Shown here in pieces: positions 40,091-54,244 of a DNA stretch of 64,000 nt. The notes below the pieces were generated by a model. That model worked only from the letters and a program-made list of their open reading frames with translations, had not been told where the DNA came from and made no database searches. This DNA is from the human T2T-CHM13v2.0 reference genome, Homo sapiens. Numbering within the stretch: the stretch's first letter is position 1; each line of letters begins with the position of its first letter. Where the stretch lies: NCBI RefSeq assembly GCF_009914755.1, contig NC_060926.1, one strand, 5' to 3'. A program made the position numbers and the translations under genes.

Positions 40091-40901
40091 AAGGTGTATT
40101 CTTTAGGAAGAAATTTGCATTCTAAATAATAAATGTCCAAATAGATCTAAGCTTTACTTAAAAGAGCAAACTTCTAAGAAGAAACAAGTTACATTAGATC
40201 CTTGACAGAGGAGAGATTTTTTCCACTGAGAAGATGTAAGTGGAGCTTCTCAAATCACTTTCAAGAACTCAGAGATAGCTCTATTCCTGTGTGCCGAGAT
40301 CTCTGCCCAAGGCATTTTGAGGAGGAGTATGAAAAACCTAGTAGTTTGGATTCCAGTGTATTGCAATAATTTTGAAACACTAAGCAGTATATTCTCCTTC
40401 CTACTTTTATCTCTCTTCACCTTCCATTCCACCTGTTCCAAGCTCATTGTCTGATAGAGGAGAAGATCACAGAAAGTAGAAAAGAAAGGAATCTTTTCCT
40501 GGCTTTGGACTTTCAAAAGGCGAGTGAAAGATTTAGAAGAAAATGAGATGATTCCTTGGTAGTTGTCCTCATTTATACCTCCATCTCCAATCCCTTCATC
40601 CCCTCAAAGCCAGAGAAGAATTCCCCAGGCCTGGGGGAAGGTTTGGAAAATAGGTGGAGGGAAGTGATGTGAGAGAAATGTCCTCCTGGAAGATGCCCTT
40701 CACCTCAAGGACAAGAGTAGAAGCAAGTTTAAAGCCAGCCCAGCCTTCGCCCAAACAAGGATGTACATTAGGGGCTATGCTACCTGTCCATCCTTCCCAC
40801 TGGCAGCTAGTGAGGACTTCCCTTCCACAGCATTCAGCACTTTGGCACTGGAGCGCCATCTTTTTCTGCCAAGTTACCACAGATAACTGCCTAGTCCAGT
40901 C

Positions 40902-41090
40902 CAATGGTTTTCAAACATTAATGTGCATCAGAATCACTTGGGGGGGCTTGTTAAGACACAGATGGTCAGGTTCCACCACTAGAGTTTCAGATTCAGCACG
41001 TCCCAGGCGCAGATGGAGAATTTGCCTTTCTAACAAGTTCCCCAGTGATGCCAATGGTGCAGGTCTAGGGACCACACTTTGAGGAGTGCC
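40902..41090. mobile_element. MER5A
   Basis: CAATGGTTTTCAAAC...TGCATCAGAATCAC...GAGAATTTGCCTTTCTAACAAGTTCCCCAGTGATGC...GGACCACACTTTGAG. Confidence 0.9.
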
Positions 41091-41119
41091 CTAGGCAATG
41101 CCATAGGACATTTTACTCA

Positions 41120-41320
41120 ACAACTTTACATACAAGTTGTGGGACCTTAACCACATTTCCTATCCCCTCTGTCCCTCAGTTAACATATTAAAAAAAAATA
41201 GGTATATTACCTACCTCATACAGTTGTGGGTAAAGATTAAATGAGATGTTGCTAAAATATTTATCAAGGGAATTGGCTTATGGCACGTAATATTGCTGTT
41301 TATTATTATTTATAACAACA
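41120..41320 (+). mobile_element. MIR
   Basis: GTTGTGGGACCTT...CCCTCTGTCCCTCAGTT...ACCTACCTCATACAGTTGTGGGTAAAGATTAAATGAGAT. Confidence 0.75.
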
Positions 41321-41607
41321 TTTAATATAAGGCCTCTCCCCTAATTGTTTTTAATAAATGTTTTCTGGCTAGCTGAATTGTCACCAAACTTTCACAATCC
41401 CAAAAGAAAGTTGGGTAAGGCTACACACTCCTGTCCCCGCCTCTGTTCCCATGTCCATACCCTAACAATGACAGGACCAAGAAATTGCCCTCTGGTCTAT
41501 CCTGCCTGAAGCCTGAGCATGTGTCCCTCTAAACCCCTCCAGACCCCGCTATGAAATATAAAGAATGTCAGCAGGCAGCAGGCCTCCGTTGTTAAGAAGA
41601 GGAAACC

Positions 41608-41918
<311 letters not shown>

Positions 41919-43009
41919 AAGAAGAGGAAACCAGGAGAGGCCGGCTCCCAAAGATGTGGTCCAGTAGGAATTCAGAATCGCCAGTATTCTTAGCTCCTGC
42001 TTATCTTGGATTGAGCCTTTGTTAGATTTTTTTGTTTGTTTGTTTTTAAAGCTAAGCAGTCTTGTGAAAAGCAGCTTCTCAGTAAGCTATATAGGCACTT
42101 CCTGGTTACCCATGATATGAGAATAACCTTTAAACTATTTCCATTTCTGATCCGGGCTGGAAACAGGAAATGCATTGGGTACAGCTTTAAACAACAACAA
42201 CAAAAAGGGACCAAAAGATAAACCAAATTGTCCCAGGGTTCAGAAGAGGTTTATGCTAAGCGTTAGAAGGTTCAGATTTAGTGAATCCTCCCCCACTTTC
42301 TGCCATTCCAGAAATTCCTTTTAGAGGAGGGGGAAAAAAAAAGTGAAGAGTTGTACTAAATTGCAGAGCACTGCCATCTTCAGGGCCAATGAGGAAAATT
42401 TCCCAGGGTCAGCCAGATAAATCATCTTCCTAAACACTTCATTGAAATATAATCAGATGGTTAAAAATTTGACAGCAGACAGACTGGAACAGATTTTTCT
42501 ACTGTTTCCAATGTTTGAAAAGTCAGTAGACACAGCTTTTTGTGGTGTATGAACATTTAAAAAAATATTTGCTGATTGAAAAGCCATTTACAATAAATAG
42601 GAAAGTTTAAATAGCTCAAACTGCATTGCCAAATGATGGGAGGAACACAGGCACAAACATATTGTTCAGAAAAAAAAAATTCCTTAAAAAGAAAAGTATG
42701 AATCGAATGATTTAGAAATGCTGTTTGAACAGATGGTGTGATTAACAACTAGTGTGTTAGCCATCTCAGGAGCTTACAGAGAAGTAAACAAATGCAAGGG
42801 GAAAAGAATCACTTTATTCCCCCAAAGAGTGTTTAGTTCATTTCTCTATGAAAATTTAGAAGTCTGCATTTTGAAAGTTGGATATCCCTAGGGGATATTG
42901 GAAATAAGAAGTGACAGGAGTCTTTTTGGAGAAAGACCACATTAGGACAAATGCAGATGCTCCCCATACAGGCTGAGGTGTACAGTCATCCAAAACGCTG
43001 GAGGCAGGT

Positions 43010-43362
43010 GGTGCTGTGCAGAACACACAAGCCATGGAGAAAGAGGGCTGGGTTCTCACCCTGGTTGTAGCCCCAGTTACCACTGGCCTGGAAGGCTAGC
43101 CTTGTTCTCTCTGGACCTCAGTATCTTTCTTTGGAAAGTAAGAGTGAGAACCAGATGAGCTGTACAGCTTGCTTCAAAAACTTTAATGTGCACCTGGGGA
43201 TCTCATTAAAATACAAATTCTAACTCATAGGCCTGGGGTAGGGTCACAGTTTGACTTTCTACTGGCCCCCAGGCAATGCTGATGCTGCTGATCCACAGGC
43301 TACATGTTTAGGACCAGGGTTCTAAGTCCTTCCAGTGATGATACTCTATCATCTTCTGATAT
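43010..43362 (+). mobile_element. MIR3 interrupted by a MER5A1-like MITE (~43165-43320)
   Basis: CTCTCTGGACCTCAGT...CCAGATGAGC | MITE CACCTGGGGATCTCATTAAAATACAAATTC...GATGCTGCTG | TCTAAGTCCTTCCAG resumes the MIR3 tail. Confidence 0.7.
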
Positions 43363-43744
43363 TCCAGGTGTTGCTCAGGCAAGAATAGAAGACCAAGTGT
43401 CTACCTCCAAAAGGTATATGACTTTGAAATGGGTAAACATATATATGTATAAACATGTAATAAACATGCCTCATGCTGAATTAATTTTGAAAGCAAATCA
43501 AGTATTTATTTGCATTATGTAATTAACAATGGAATTGACTTTTGTGAGCAGGAGAGGTGAAGGGGAAGTCCTGGGAATTGGGTGTGGAGACCACATACTA
43601 TATGGGGATGAGATGAGGGGGAGATTGAGATTGGGAGCTTGAATCACCCACCAGCATCCACACAGCATATTCAAGACAGATCCTGAGACTTCACCAGAAT
43701 CTGACACTTTTACTATATGAAGGGCACTGTTAAGAAAATAGAAA

Positions 43745-44043
<299 letters not shown>

Positions 44044-44600
44044 GAAGAACTGAGAGGAAATATTTGCAAATTGCATATCCTACAAAGCACTTATATCCAG
44101 AATGTATAAAGAATTCTCAAAACTCAACAGTAAGGAAATATCCCAATTTAACAACAGGCAAAAGACTTGAACAGAGACTTATCCAGAGGAGAGATATGGG
44201 TGCCAAATTAAAGACGCTCAACATCACTAGCTACTAGGGAAACTCACATTAAAACCATGATGACATACCACCATACACCTATCCCAATGGCTAACATAAA
44301 AAATATTGACAATACCAAGTGCTGGTGAGGATATGGAAAACTGGATCACTCATATATTGCTGATGGGAATGTAAAATTATATGACACTCTTGAAAAGACA
44401 AAACTGAAGTGACAGAAAACAGACCAGTGGTTGCCAAGAGGACAGGTGTGGGTACGAAAGGGTAGCACAAAGAAGTTTTGGGGGGAGATGTAAGTGTTCC
44501 ACATCCTAACTGTGGTGGTGGTTAAATCTACACGTGTTAAAATTCATAGAATTAACACCATGAAAAAGTCTATTTTACTGTATGTTAATTTTTTAAAAAA
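44044..44600 (+). mobile_element. L1MC/L1MD-like 3' fragment with internal deletion
   Basis: AAATATTTGCAAATTGCATATC...AAAACTCAACAGTAAG; GACAATACCAAGTGCTGGTGAGGATATGG; 3'UTR GTGGTTGCCA...TTTTACTGTATGTTAATT. Confidence 0.8.
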
Positions 44601-45039
44601 CAGTGATCTGGAAAACATTGAACAGTTGGCTTTTAAAGACTTTGAGTGGAAATGAAATGTTTTTGAAAGTATTTGAAGTAAGTGTTTCCTACCACCACTA
44701 TAATACTTTACCAGCAACATTTTAGTCTTAGCTACCATTTTCTATCTCTTCACACAGTCTCAGGAGATGTTCCCGTATTCTGCTCCCAACAGTGTATTAT
44801 TAAGCCCATGACACCCTTTCCTTTTCTGATCATATTTTAAGATGTCAGATCAGTCTTTCCCTACAAGTTAAGGCCCTATCATTAACACAAATCAGCAGTG
44901 AGTCCAGGAGTCCAACTCATTGCTGACATGGCCTTGCCTCCCAGAAACTTAACATTCTTATAAAAATAAATTAAATCAGTGGATTCTCCCATTGTTTGCA
45001 CCACATAATACTCCCCCAGAAATTTCACAGAAAGAATAT

Positions 45040-45945
45040 GTATTAACAATTCCTAAGAAAAAGATAGACAAATTGCTGTAAGAAAATAGTCAACCTCATT
45101 AGTAATTGAAGGGCTGCAAATTAGAATGAGATGCATTTTTTAACCCATCAGCTTCATAAAGATTAAACAGAATGGTAGGTAAATATATACAGTGTTGAGA
45201 AGAGTGTGGGGAAATGGCGTATGGGGCTGAACTGGCTTACCTTTCAAGAGGCCAGTTTCACAGTATATAGCAAAAGCCTTAAAAATGTGCATCCCCTTTT
45301 GCCTTGGAATTCAACTTCTAGAAATTCATCCTAAGAAATAAGCAAGCAAGGATGTTTGGCTTTGCATTGTTTTCAACAGTGAAATATTGCATGCCAGGGC
45401 TTTAAAATCCCTTCCAGAGTATGGATAAAGATACTATCATTGTCTGATATGCTAGATGCTGCACAGAGCATAATATTATACTCTGAGGGTATAATGTGAT
45501 TCAGAAATATGTATGGATTAATACACATAAAGAATATACTGAATGCCAAATATCTGATTTTAAAAGTAATTTATTTAAATTATGCAACTTGAAATAATTT
45601 ACATATTTAAAAGATAGAAGATTAGTTACATAAACTACGTAATATCCAAGCAATACCACTATTAGAAAAAATCTATATATTTTTTGACATAGATTTGCAT
45701 TTTGTATGTTTTTATGTGAAAGATGCGTACCACAAAATAGTACTATCTTATTTTTATACAAAATTTACAAAAGACAGAAAACATATGTATGGGGGAAAAC
45801 TGTAAGCATACACTTCAAGACATTATTATGGGTATTGCTGAGTAGTGGGATGATGATAACGGATTTTTATTTTCTTCTTTATACTTTTCTGTATTTCCTT
45901 TTCTTCCCAATGAGGATACATTGCTTTCACAATTGAAAAAAATTT
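45040..45945 (+). mobile_element. L1ME-like 3' fragment
   Basis: CAACCTCATTAGTAAT...AATTCAACTTCTAGAAATTCATCCTAAGAAATA...TTTCTTCTTTATACTTTTCTGTATTT. Confidence 0.7.
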
Positions 45946-47513
45946 TAATTAAACTGTTTCTAGAAATAACTAGCAGATTAATCAGACACAGTTTTCTCTG
46001 TACTAGCATTGTTGCCAGAACCCCCAAAAATATTTCACCTGTTGGTTATTTGGAATCTTACCTTTCATCACAGACTTTATAGGCTTACCAGCAGGTTCTA
46101 ACCACTACCCCTAGAGCATTTGGAGTCACATGGCAGCCACTGCCACAGTGGCCCAATGCACAGCTGTTATGTCTTGAACAATAGCCCTGTTTGGAGTCCA
46201 TTAGAAGATCTTGGGTGGTTATCAGCCACTTCCAGTGATCTTGCTGTGCCCTGACTTTTTCCTTCATACCTCACAACTATCTGCTTCCAATATTAATTTG
46301 GAAATGGAGTTCAGCCTTAACATCTTTCTCTAACATCTTCCTTTGAAATAAAAAATAAAAAAGCTATGGAACTTTTTTCAAGCAGTTTTCCTTAAAACTG
46401 GGTTTCATTACAAATTTGAAATGTTTTCAAATTTTTCAGGTAATAAAAAGTCAGAAAAAGGGAGAAAAATCTGTCTTTTCTGAATTCTTTTTTATATGGT
46501 GATCACTTTTCTTATCAGGAAAAAAAGAATAAGTGAATTCATTGGATCTACATTATTTCTTTTTTATCCACAATATAACTTTTCTGTATCTACATAGCTT
46601 GTGATCTGATATATTTAAAAATAATCTTGTTATTACTGATTTCAGAAAACTTTGCAATGTGCTTCTAAAATTATTTATTTAATTACCTAATCTTTAATTC
46701 ATCCCTAATACCTGGACATTTTATTTTTGGCAAACAATTTTCATGTGTTTGCATTAATGTTTTTAGTTAGCCTCTAGGCTTTTTTAGAAGTTATTTTAAA
46801 ATCCATTTCAGCCAAGATTTCTGATCTGTTCTGGAGTTGTATTTAAATCGGTGTCTTTTGCTTTACCTCACCTTGCTAAAATGTTGGACGTAATGGTGCT
46901 ATGATTACCTAAAGGATCACGCATGTATTCCTGACTAAACCAGTTCTTGTTCATGACACAAACACTTTATGCCATGAGGGGTTATTCCCCTTTGTTAGAA
47001 TTAGTCATTTGTCTCATCCTAAAACCTCACTGATGCATTTCCTCCTGAATTAGGCAGCCTGGTAACTGGCAAGTAGATAATGGAAGTTTTTAATTTCTTA
47101 CCTGGCCTAACTTTTCAGCTTCCCCAGTTTCCTTGGTAAACTGATTGTCAATATCCTTTTTTTTCCTTTATGCTTTATTCAGAAAGAATACTTGCTTACA
47201 AAAATGTTTAATGTCATTTTGAATGGTAATTTCCCTCACAAAGAATGATACAAATCCCTGAAATCCAGCCTAGATATAACATTTCTTACCCACCTATCTC
47301 CAATTATGTAAGGACAACTTATTTCACACTCTCCCACATACCACCAAGCACCCTATCTCATCCATTTAATAATTTCCACATTTTTATATTTTGACCTAAC
47401 TTTTCTCACATTTCCCAAAAATGTCAAATTGTTTTCTCCTGACAAATTGGACACTATTTTCCTCAAATAAATAATTGACTTCCCTCCAGTGACTCTAGCA
47501 ACTTACCATGTGC

Positions 47514-48670
47514 TTTTCTTTTTTTTTTTTTTTTTAATACTTTAAGTTCTGGGATACATGTGCAGAACGTACAGGTTTGTTACATAGGTATACACATGCC
47601 GTGGCGGTTTGCTGCACCCATCAACCCGTCATCTACATTAAGTATTTCTCCTAATGCTATCCCTCCCCTAGCCCCCCACCCCCCCGACAGGTCCCAGTGA
47701 GTGTTGTTCCCCTCCCTGTGTCCATGTGTTCTCATTGTTCAACTCCCACTTACGAGTGAGAACATGTGGTGTTTGGTTTCTGTTCCTGTGTTAGTTTGCT
47801 GAGAATGATGGTTTCCAGCTTCATCCATGTCCCTGCAAAGGACATAAACTCATCTTTTTTTATGGCTGCATAGTATTCCATGGTGTGTAGGTGCCACATT
47901 TTCTTTATCCAGTCTATCATTGGTGGGCATTTGGGTTCGTTCCAAGTCTTTGCAATTGTGAATAGTGCTACAATAAACATACATGTGCATGCGTCTTTAT
48001 AGTAGAATGATTTATAATCCTTTGGGTATATATCCAGTAATGGGATTGCTGCATCAAATGATATTTCTGGTTCTAGAACCTTGAGGAATCGCCACACTGT
48101 CTTCCACAATGGTTGAACTAATTTACACTCCCACCAACAGTGTAAAGGCGTTCCTATTTTTCCACATCCTCTCCAGCATCTGTTGCTTTTTGACTTTTTA
48201 ATGATTGCCATTCTAACTGGCATAAGATGGTATCTCATTGTGGTTTTGATTTGCATTTCTCTAATGACCAGTGAGGATGAGCTTTTTTTCCTATGTTTAT
48301 TGGCCACATAAATGTCTTCTTTTGAGAAGTGTCTGTTCATATCCTTCGCCCACTTTTTGATGGGGTTGTTTGTTTTTTTCTTGTAAATTTGTTTAAGTTC
48401 TTTGTAGATTCTGGATATTAGCCCTTTGTCAGATTGATAGATGGCAAAAATTTTCTCCCATTCTGTAGGTTGCCTGTTCATTCTGATGATAGTTTCTTTT
48501 GCTGTGCAGAAGCTCTTTAGTTTAATTAGATCCCAATTGCCAATTTTGGCTTTTGTTCCCATTGCTTTTGGTGTTTTAGTCATGAAGTCTTTGCCCATGC
48601 CTATGTCCTGAATGGTATTGCCCAGGTTTTCTTCTAGGGTTTTTATGGTCTTTAATCCATCTTGAGTTAA
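47514..48670 (-). mobile_element. 5'-truncated L1PA7-like LINE-1 (ORF2 C-terminus, 3'UTR, polyA)
   Basis: TACTTTAAGTTCTGGGATACATGTGCAGAACGT 3' end; ORF 47750-48700 translates as the L1 ORF2 C-terminus (CWRGC...HCWWEC). Confidence 0.93.
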
Positions 48671-48789
48671 GAGTTTCTCTGTAATCCAGAAATTGCTCAA
48701 TTGACCAAAAAAAAGATAATAATAATAATTTCAACCTGCTTCCTATTCTTCTTTCCTAATTAGTCACATGCCTCAAAAAGTCTCCTTGT

Positions 48790-49010
48790 TAACAATAATC
48801 ACCAATATTTATCAACTATCATGTACCAGTCACTTTCGAAACATTGCATTATGTTTGTAAGAGCATGGGGAGGGCAATTATTTCAGATTTATAGATGAGG
48901 AAACTGACACTCAGGGAGTTGAAGTTACTTGCTCAGGCAAGCTCAGTTAGTATGTAACAAAGCTGGAATTCAGAATCACGCCTCTCTGATGGCAAAGCTA
49001 CTTCTCTCTT
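48790..49010 (-). mobile_element. MIR
   Basis: ATTTTATAGATGAGGAAACTGACACTCAGGGAGTTGAAGTTACTTGCTCAGG...GCTGGAATTCAGAA. Confidence 0.85.
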
Positions 49011-50539
49011 TATGCCATGAGCTTTCATGAACTTACCATTCTCACCCAAGTGGCCATGTCTGACCATCTTATCTGGTTCATGGACCACTACTCCAGTACA
49101 GCTAAGGATTCTTAGCATCTTGCCTGCAATACCAACCTGTGCAAAATGAGACTTGTCTGGGACTAATTATATGTAAGTTTCTCTCCAATTCTTACTATTT
49201 GGCCTTCTTCTTGGGTCATTAAAGGTCCTCCCAAATGCATTATTATTATTATTTTTCTTTATTTCAAGAGCTTAATCCCTTTTCTAAAGTCTTATGTGGT
49301 TCCTCAAGTGAGCACTACTTTTCCCTGCTTTCTAAACAAAGCTGGCTATTGATTTATTACTTTTTTAGTGTGGCAGCAAATCAATACACCAGAAAGCAGT
49401 TTGTCAGATGATCCAAAGAATGCAAAACAATTATTTTTTTGGGAAAGTGAACACCAGGGCTTCCTATGTGAGATTTGATATGAGTGATACCATCTTCCCA
49501 GACCTTCTTTTGTTCTGGAGGAGAAAAAGCTGGTCTGGTGATTAGTCACATCACATTTCCAGCTTTACCATTCCCTTGGGCACTAACTTATTTTCTGGCA
49601 TTTGAAAAGATAACTTCCCCAGGGTTTAATCGCAATTAGAGCAGGTTGGAGAGAACATCAAATTGCATTCTAGGGAAAAAAAATTAATGTGGAGGAAGGG
49701 AGCTAGGTGGTAAGAAGAAAAGAAGTTATTAACTTCCAAAATATAAAATACATTGTAATTTTCATTTTAATATATTAATTTTCCAAAATACATTGTAGAT
49801 AAACACAAAGCTAGTAATTTACACTTGGTGTTCCTTCTATTTTTGTTATTTGGCTATTGATGGGCAACTTTATTTGCCAATTTTAAATTAATCATGAAAT
49901 CAAACTGCTGTTTGGCATGTCACTTCCTCCCAAATCATCTCCGCAGCCTTCAGCTGGCAGTTTTGACAGGCGCACAGATAGTCCTTGACTGTGAAATGCT
50001 GACCTATGTTAATTCCAGATATTGGCATCTCCTCTTCCAACCCTTTAAGGGTAATGTTACCCCTGCCATGGAACAAATCACTACTGCCTCAGCCACCTAA
50101 CCTTTCTGTGGGGTCCCTTTAGCCTTTTGGTTTCTCTGTGTTAAAAAAACAAACAACAACAACAAAAAACAAAAACAAAAAAAACTAGCTTTTAAAATCA
50201 CTATTAAGTATTTTTTTAAACTAAGGAATTACTATTATTGTGCTAAAATAGAAAGACACTCTTTTTAACATACAAAAATTGAGGTTAAATTCATTAACCA
50301 AACACCTTAAAATTAGATTCAATCCCAGAATGGGTCTTTGCTTTCTCTTCAGGAGTCTAAATTATCCACTTTTATGTGGATAAAGTCCTGGCTCCTTGGT
50401 GTGATGCTCCCTTCCCTCCTGTGTGTCTCATGTTTTATATTTTTTTTCTAATATTATTCTCCTGTATTGTTTTTTATATCTGTAAGCCACTTTAGATTAT
50501 CTTTGAAACATAGGAGAACGTACACAAATTAGTTAAATG

Positions 50540-50692
50540 AAAAGGCTCTTGACAAGGAATTAAGATTTGCCATTAATTATCTGTGGGATCTGGAGCAGGT
50601 CACTTAAATATTCTAGGTCTCAGTTTCCTCATCTGCAAAATTAAAGGGTTGGCATGGAATGATCTGTAAGGTTTTTGCCTTTCTATTTCTGA
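50540..50692 (+). mobile_element. MIR3/MIR
   Basis: CAGGTCACTTAA...CTCAGTTTCCTCATCTGCAAAAT...GATCTGTAAGG. Confidence 0.8.
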
Positions 50693-50744
50693 CCTTGGTG
50701 TAATAAAACTGCTAATCAAAAGAACAAATGAAAACAGAAGACAT

Positions 50745-50935
50745 GTCTCAACTACAGCAGGCCTGAATAGGATCAATTGGCCCTTACTATCCATCCCCAT
50801 TTCTTCTCATGTGTGTTTCCATCTCCAGGGGCTGCAAAGCTAAAAATCACATTCCTTGGTCTCTTCCAGGTCAGGTTCTGGATGCAAACTAAGTTCCATA
50901 ATTAAAGTACTTGCATGTGATTTTAAAGATGGAAA
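50745..50935 (+). mobile_element. LTR33-like ERVL LTR fragment
   Basis: GGCTGCAAAGCTAAAAATCACATTCC...GGTTCTGGATG...CTTGCATGTGATTTTAAAGATGGAA. Confidence 0.65.
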
Positions 50936-50944
50936 CAAAGCAAT

Positions 50945-51268
50945 AATGATCTTGGTGCCTTTTGTTTTTTCAGTTGCTATTGGGAAACAATGTCATGGAA
51001 ATGCCAAATCCTTTTTCTTTGTCTTGTCACTTCTTCACAAATTTATTTCTCTTTGTTAAAATGGTATATAAGCTGTCAGGCCTAACTGCTTCTTGGGATT
51101 TTTACTTTCTTTTCTGTAAGACTTCTGTGTACACACAAAAATAAAACATTAACATTAAATAAAACACGTATGCCTTTTTTCTATTAATCTGTCTTTTGCC
51201 AGTTTAATTTGCAGTGCCATAGTCACTAAGCTTAAGAGAGTAAAGAATAATTGCTTTTCTCCTTTACA
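50945..51268 (+). mobile_element. ERV1-class LTR 3' part (MER34/MER39-like)
   Basis: TATATAAGC TATA box, AATAAA, TATGCCTTTTTTCTATTAATCTGTCTTTTG, and end TTTTCTCCTTTACA. Confidence 0.7.
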
Positions 51269-51741
51269 ATCCCTAGAGTGCTATTTGATCCCTCTCTGGT
51301 AGCCTATATTTATTTTAGAGTTCTAGCATCTTCTTTCTTAGTTCTTGCTAAGTTTGTGTGTATGTGTGTGTCCAAGTATATTTATTTACTTGATGCCAAA
51401 TTTGCTTTAACGGTGAAAATATAATCAACTCAGTCTTGCAGGAGCATCTTTTAAAACCCATTCCAACTCTATCTTTTTAAAAAATTTCCAGTCAAACCAA
51501 ACGTTCTTCCAGGTTTGTTCAGTACTCAGTATGATTATCTCCTGACTACTCTTTTGGCATGCATGACTCCAAGATTTTCTTTGGAAACTATGTATACTAT
51601 TCCCGTATTCTTTTGTCACTGGTTTCATCTGCTATTTTGAGGTTAGGCTTTTCCCCCTTCAAATAGCTGAATGTATGTATGTATGTACGTATATATACAG
51701 ATATAAATATAATATATGAACCTGAAATACATTATTATATG

Positions 51742-51825
51742 TTTTTAACATTTTATTTTGAAATACTTATAGATTCACAGGAAGTTAAAAAAATAGTACT
51801 GACAGGTCCAATGCACTCTGTATTT
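51742..51825 (-). mobile_element. L1MC-like extreme 3' end
   Basis: TTTTATTTTGAAATACTTATAGATTCACAGGAAGTT...AATAGTAC. Confidence 0.7.
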
Positions 51826-51859
51826 TAATGAATATTTAGTTACGAATTCTAATTTTTCT

Positions 51860-52184
<325 letters not shown>

Positions 52185-53111
52185 TAATTTTTCTAACACA
52201 TGTCACTCCACACTATTTCCTTGAAGACCTAAAGTAGAAAGTGACATTGCCAAAAAAATGGCAGATAGGGAATTTTAGGGCTCCATCCCTTTATAAAAGC
52301 AACTAACAGACAGTAGTAATATTTGCTCGACAATATGAATGCAATTAAACAACTGAATTTTATACTTTAAAATGATTAAAATGGAAAATCTAATTTTATA
52401 TATATACATGTATAAAAACACAATACATTTTTAAAAATTTTTAATTTAAAAAATGAAACCAATAAGCTAATAAAAACTGTCAGAATCAACCTTCGCAGAA
52501 CTCCGGAATTTAATTAAAAGTTTACAACCACCAGGGCAAACTTGATGAAAGAAGTTGCTGCACCGTGGTAAGAGAGCACTATGGCATTTTGGATTGTTCA
52601 TCTACCATCCCCTCCTCCCCAGTCAGCAGCAGCCATGAAGATGGTAGCACATACTCCAGGTACAGGTTGCTACTGCAAAAGGGGGCAATTTGGATATTAT
52701 TGTCAAATAATTGTGGTTGTCTGTTTCGACTTCTTTGATGACTCTCTGAAGGTACAAGGTTTGCCTTTGTTTTGCTTGATGCAGAGCATCCCCAGGGCTG
52801 AGGAGGCTTCTTGGGCAATGTTTCCAAAAACAAAGCTATTCACCACAGGAGCCTGGAGCAAGGAGTCAGGACAAGCAACAGACAGACTAAAAAACTTGGA
52901 AGAAATGCATAGGGAAAAGAGATACGGGAGAAGATAAAGACTTTTTAACATTTCCTATATATAGGGGAATTGAAAAGACTACACACATACCTAGAGCTGG
53001 CTGAAGGTTCAGAAAAGTCTTGAGAAGACCCTAAGCTTTCACCTCTCACTGACCTTCAGATTCTGAACAAGCAGGAACTGAAGGCTAAGACAGAGTTGAA
53101 AAAATGGCCTG

Positions 53112-53224
53112 AGCTGGTATGACAATGTATGCATATGGTCCCAGCTACTTGAGAGGCTGAGGTGGGAGAATTGCTTGAACCTAGGAGTTTCAGTCTGGTA
53201 TGGGCAACATAGTGAAACTCTATC

Positions 53225-53270
<46 letters not shown>
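53112..53270 (+). mobile_element. FLAM-like Alu monomer whose tail became (CA)21 (53229-53270)
   Basis: GGTCCCAGCTACTTGAGAGGCTGAGGTGGGAG...GGGCAACATAGTGAAACTC followed by the CA repeat. Confidence 0.85.
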
Positions 53271-53272
<2 letters not shown>

Positions 53273-53463
53273 GGTCTAGCTAAGCACTGATACCATGCTC
53301 TCACAGACAGCCAATCTGCAAAGATTGGGAAAGTATTTTATATTCTTTTGTTGGCTCCAGGCATTTAGGAAAACTCTGTCAAAACACTAGATGGCCACTA
53401 AGTTAATAGAACACAGATTTCAGTAGCCAAACATGACAAAGAATACAGAATTTATAAAAATAG

Positions 53464-53896
53464 TGATATACTTTGGTTCTGTGTCCCCACCAAATCTTAT
53501 GTTGAATTGTAATCCCCAGTGTTAAAGGTGGGGCCTGGTGGGAGGTGACTGGATCATGGGGGTGGTCCTTCATGAATGGCTTAGTGCCATCCCCTTGGTG
53601 CTGTTTTTGTGATAGTGAGTGAGTTATCATGAGATCTGGTTGTTTAAAAGCGTGTAGTGTGCACCTCCCCTCTCTCTCGCTCCTTCTTTGGCCATGTAAG
53701 ACATACCTGCTTCCCCTTTGCCTTCTGCCATGATTGTAAGTTTCCTGGGGCCTCCTAGAGCAGAAGCCACTATGCTTCCTGTAGAGCCTGTGCAACTGTG
53801 AGCCAATTAAACTTCTTTTCTTTATAAATTATGCATACAAATGTATGAAGTAAAATGAGGTATTTTTTCATAGCAGTGCAAGAACAGACTAGTACA
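53464..53896 (+). mobile_element. MSTA solo LTR
   Basis: TGATATACTTTGGTTCTGTGTCCCCACCAAATC...GCAAGAACAGACTAGTACA. Confidence 0.92.
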
Positions 53897-54244
53897 GATA
53901 ATTTAGAAAAGTCACTGAACAAGCAAACAAAAATAACCCCAAACAGGCAGCAACACCAAAACCCAGGGAATAGGGAGAATCTGATTTTCAGAGCTGCCAC
54001 ACTGTAATACTCACAATGTTGAGTTTTCAAAAAAAAAAAATTACTAGACATACGAAGAGACAAAAAAGTACGGTTTATTCACAGGAAAAAAGACATTAAT
54101 AGAAACTGTTCTTGAGGAAGAAGGCATAGGCATTGGACTTACTAAACAAAGACTATAAGCCAACTGTCTTAAATATGTTTATAAAAGATAACACCAAAAA
54201 GATAACAAAGAACTAAAGAAAACCAGGAAAACAATGTCTCCCCA

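Larger units (their letters stand above)
52240..54240 (+). mobile_element. L1M 5'UTR/ORF1-region remnant with nested inserts (L1 3' end ~52310-52455, FLAM, MSTA)
   Basis: CAAAAAAATGGCAGA...CTCCATCCC 5' signature; AAAACTGTCAGAATCAAC; GAATCTGATTTTCAGAGCTGCCAC; GGACTTACTAAACAAAGACT. Confidence 0.65.

Noticed and set aside
40130-40520. Possible CR1- or RTE-like ancient LINE remnants
   Set aside because: Similarity too weak to call by eye; needs a profile-HMM search.
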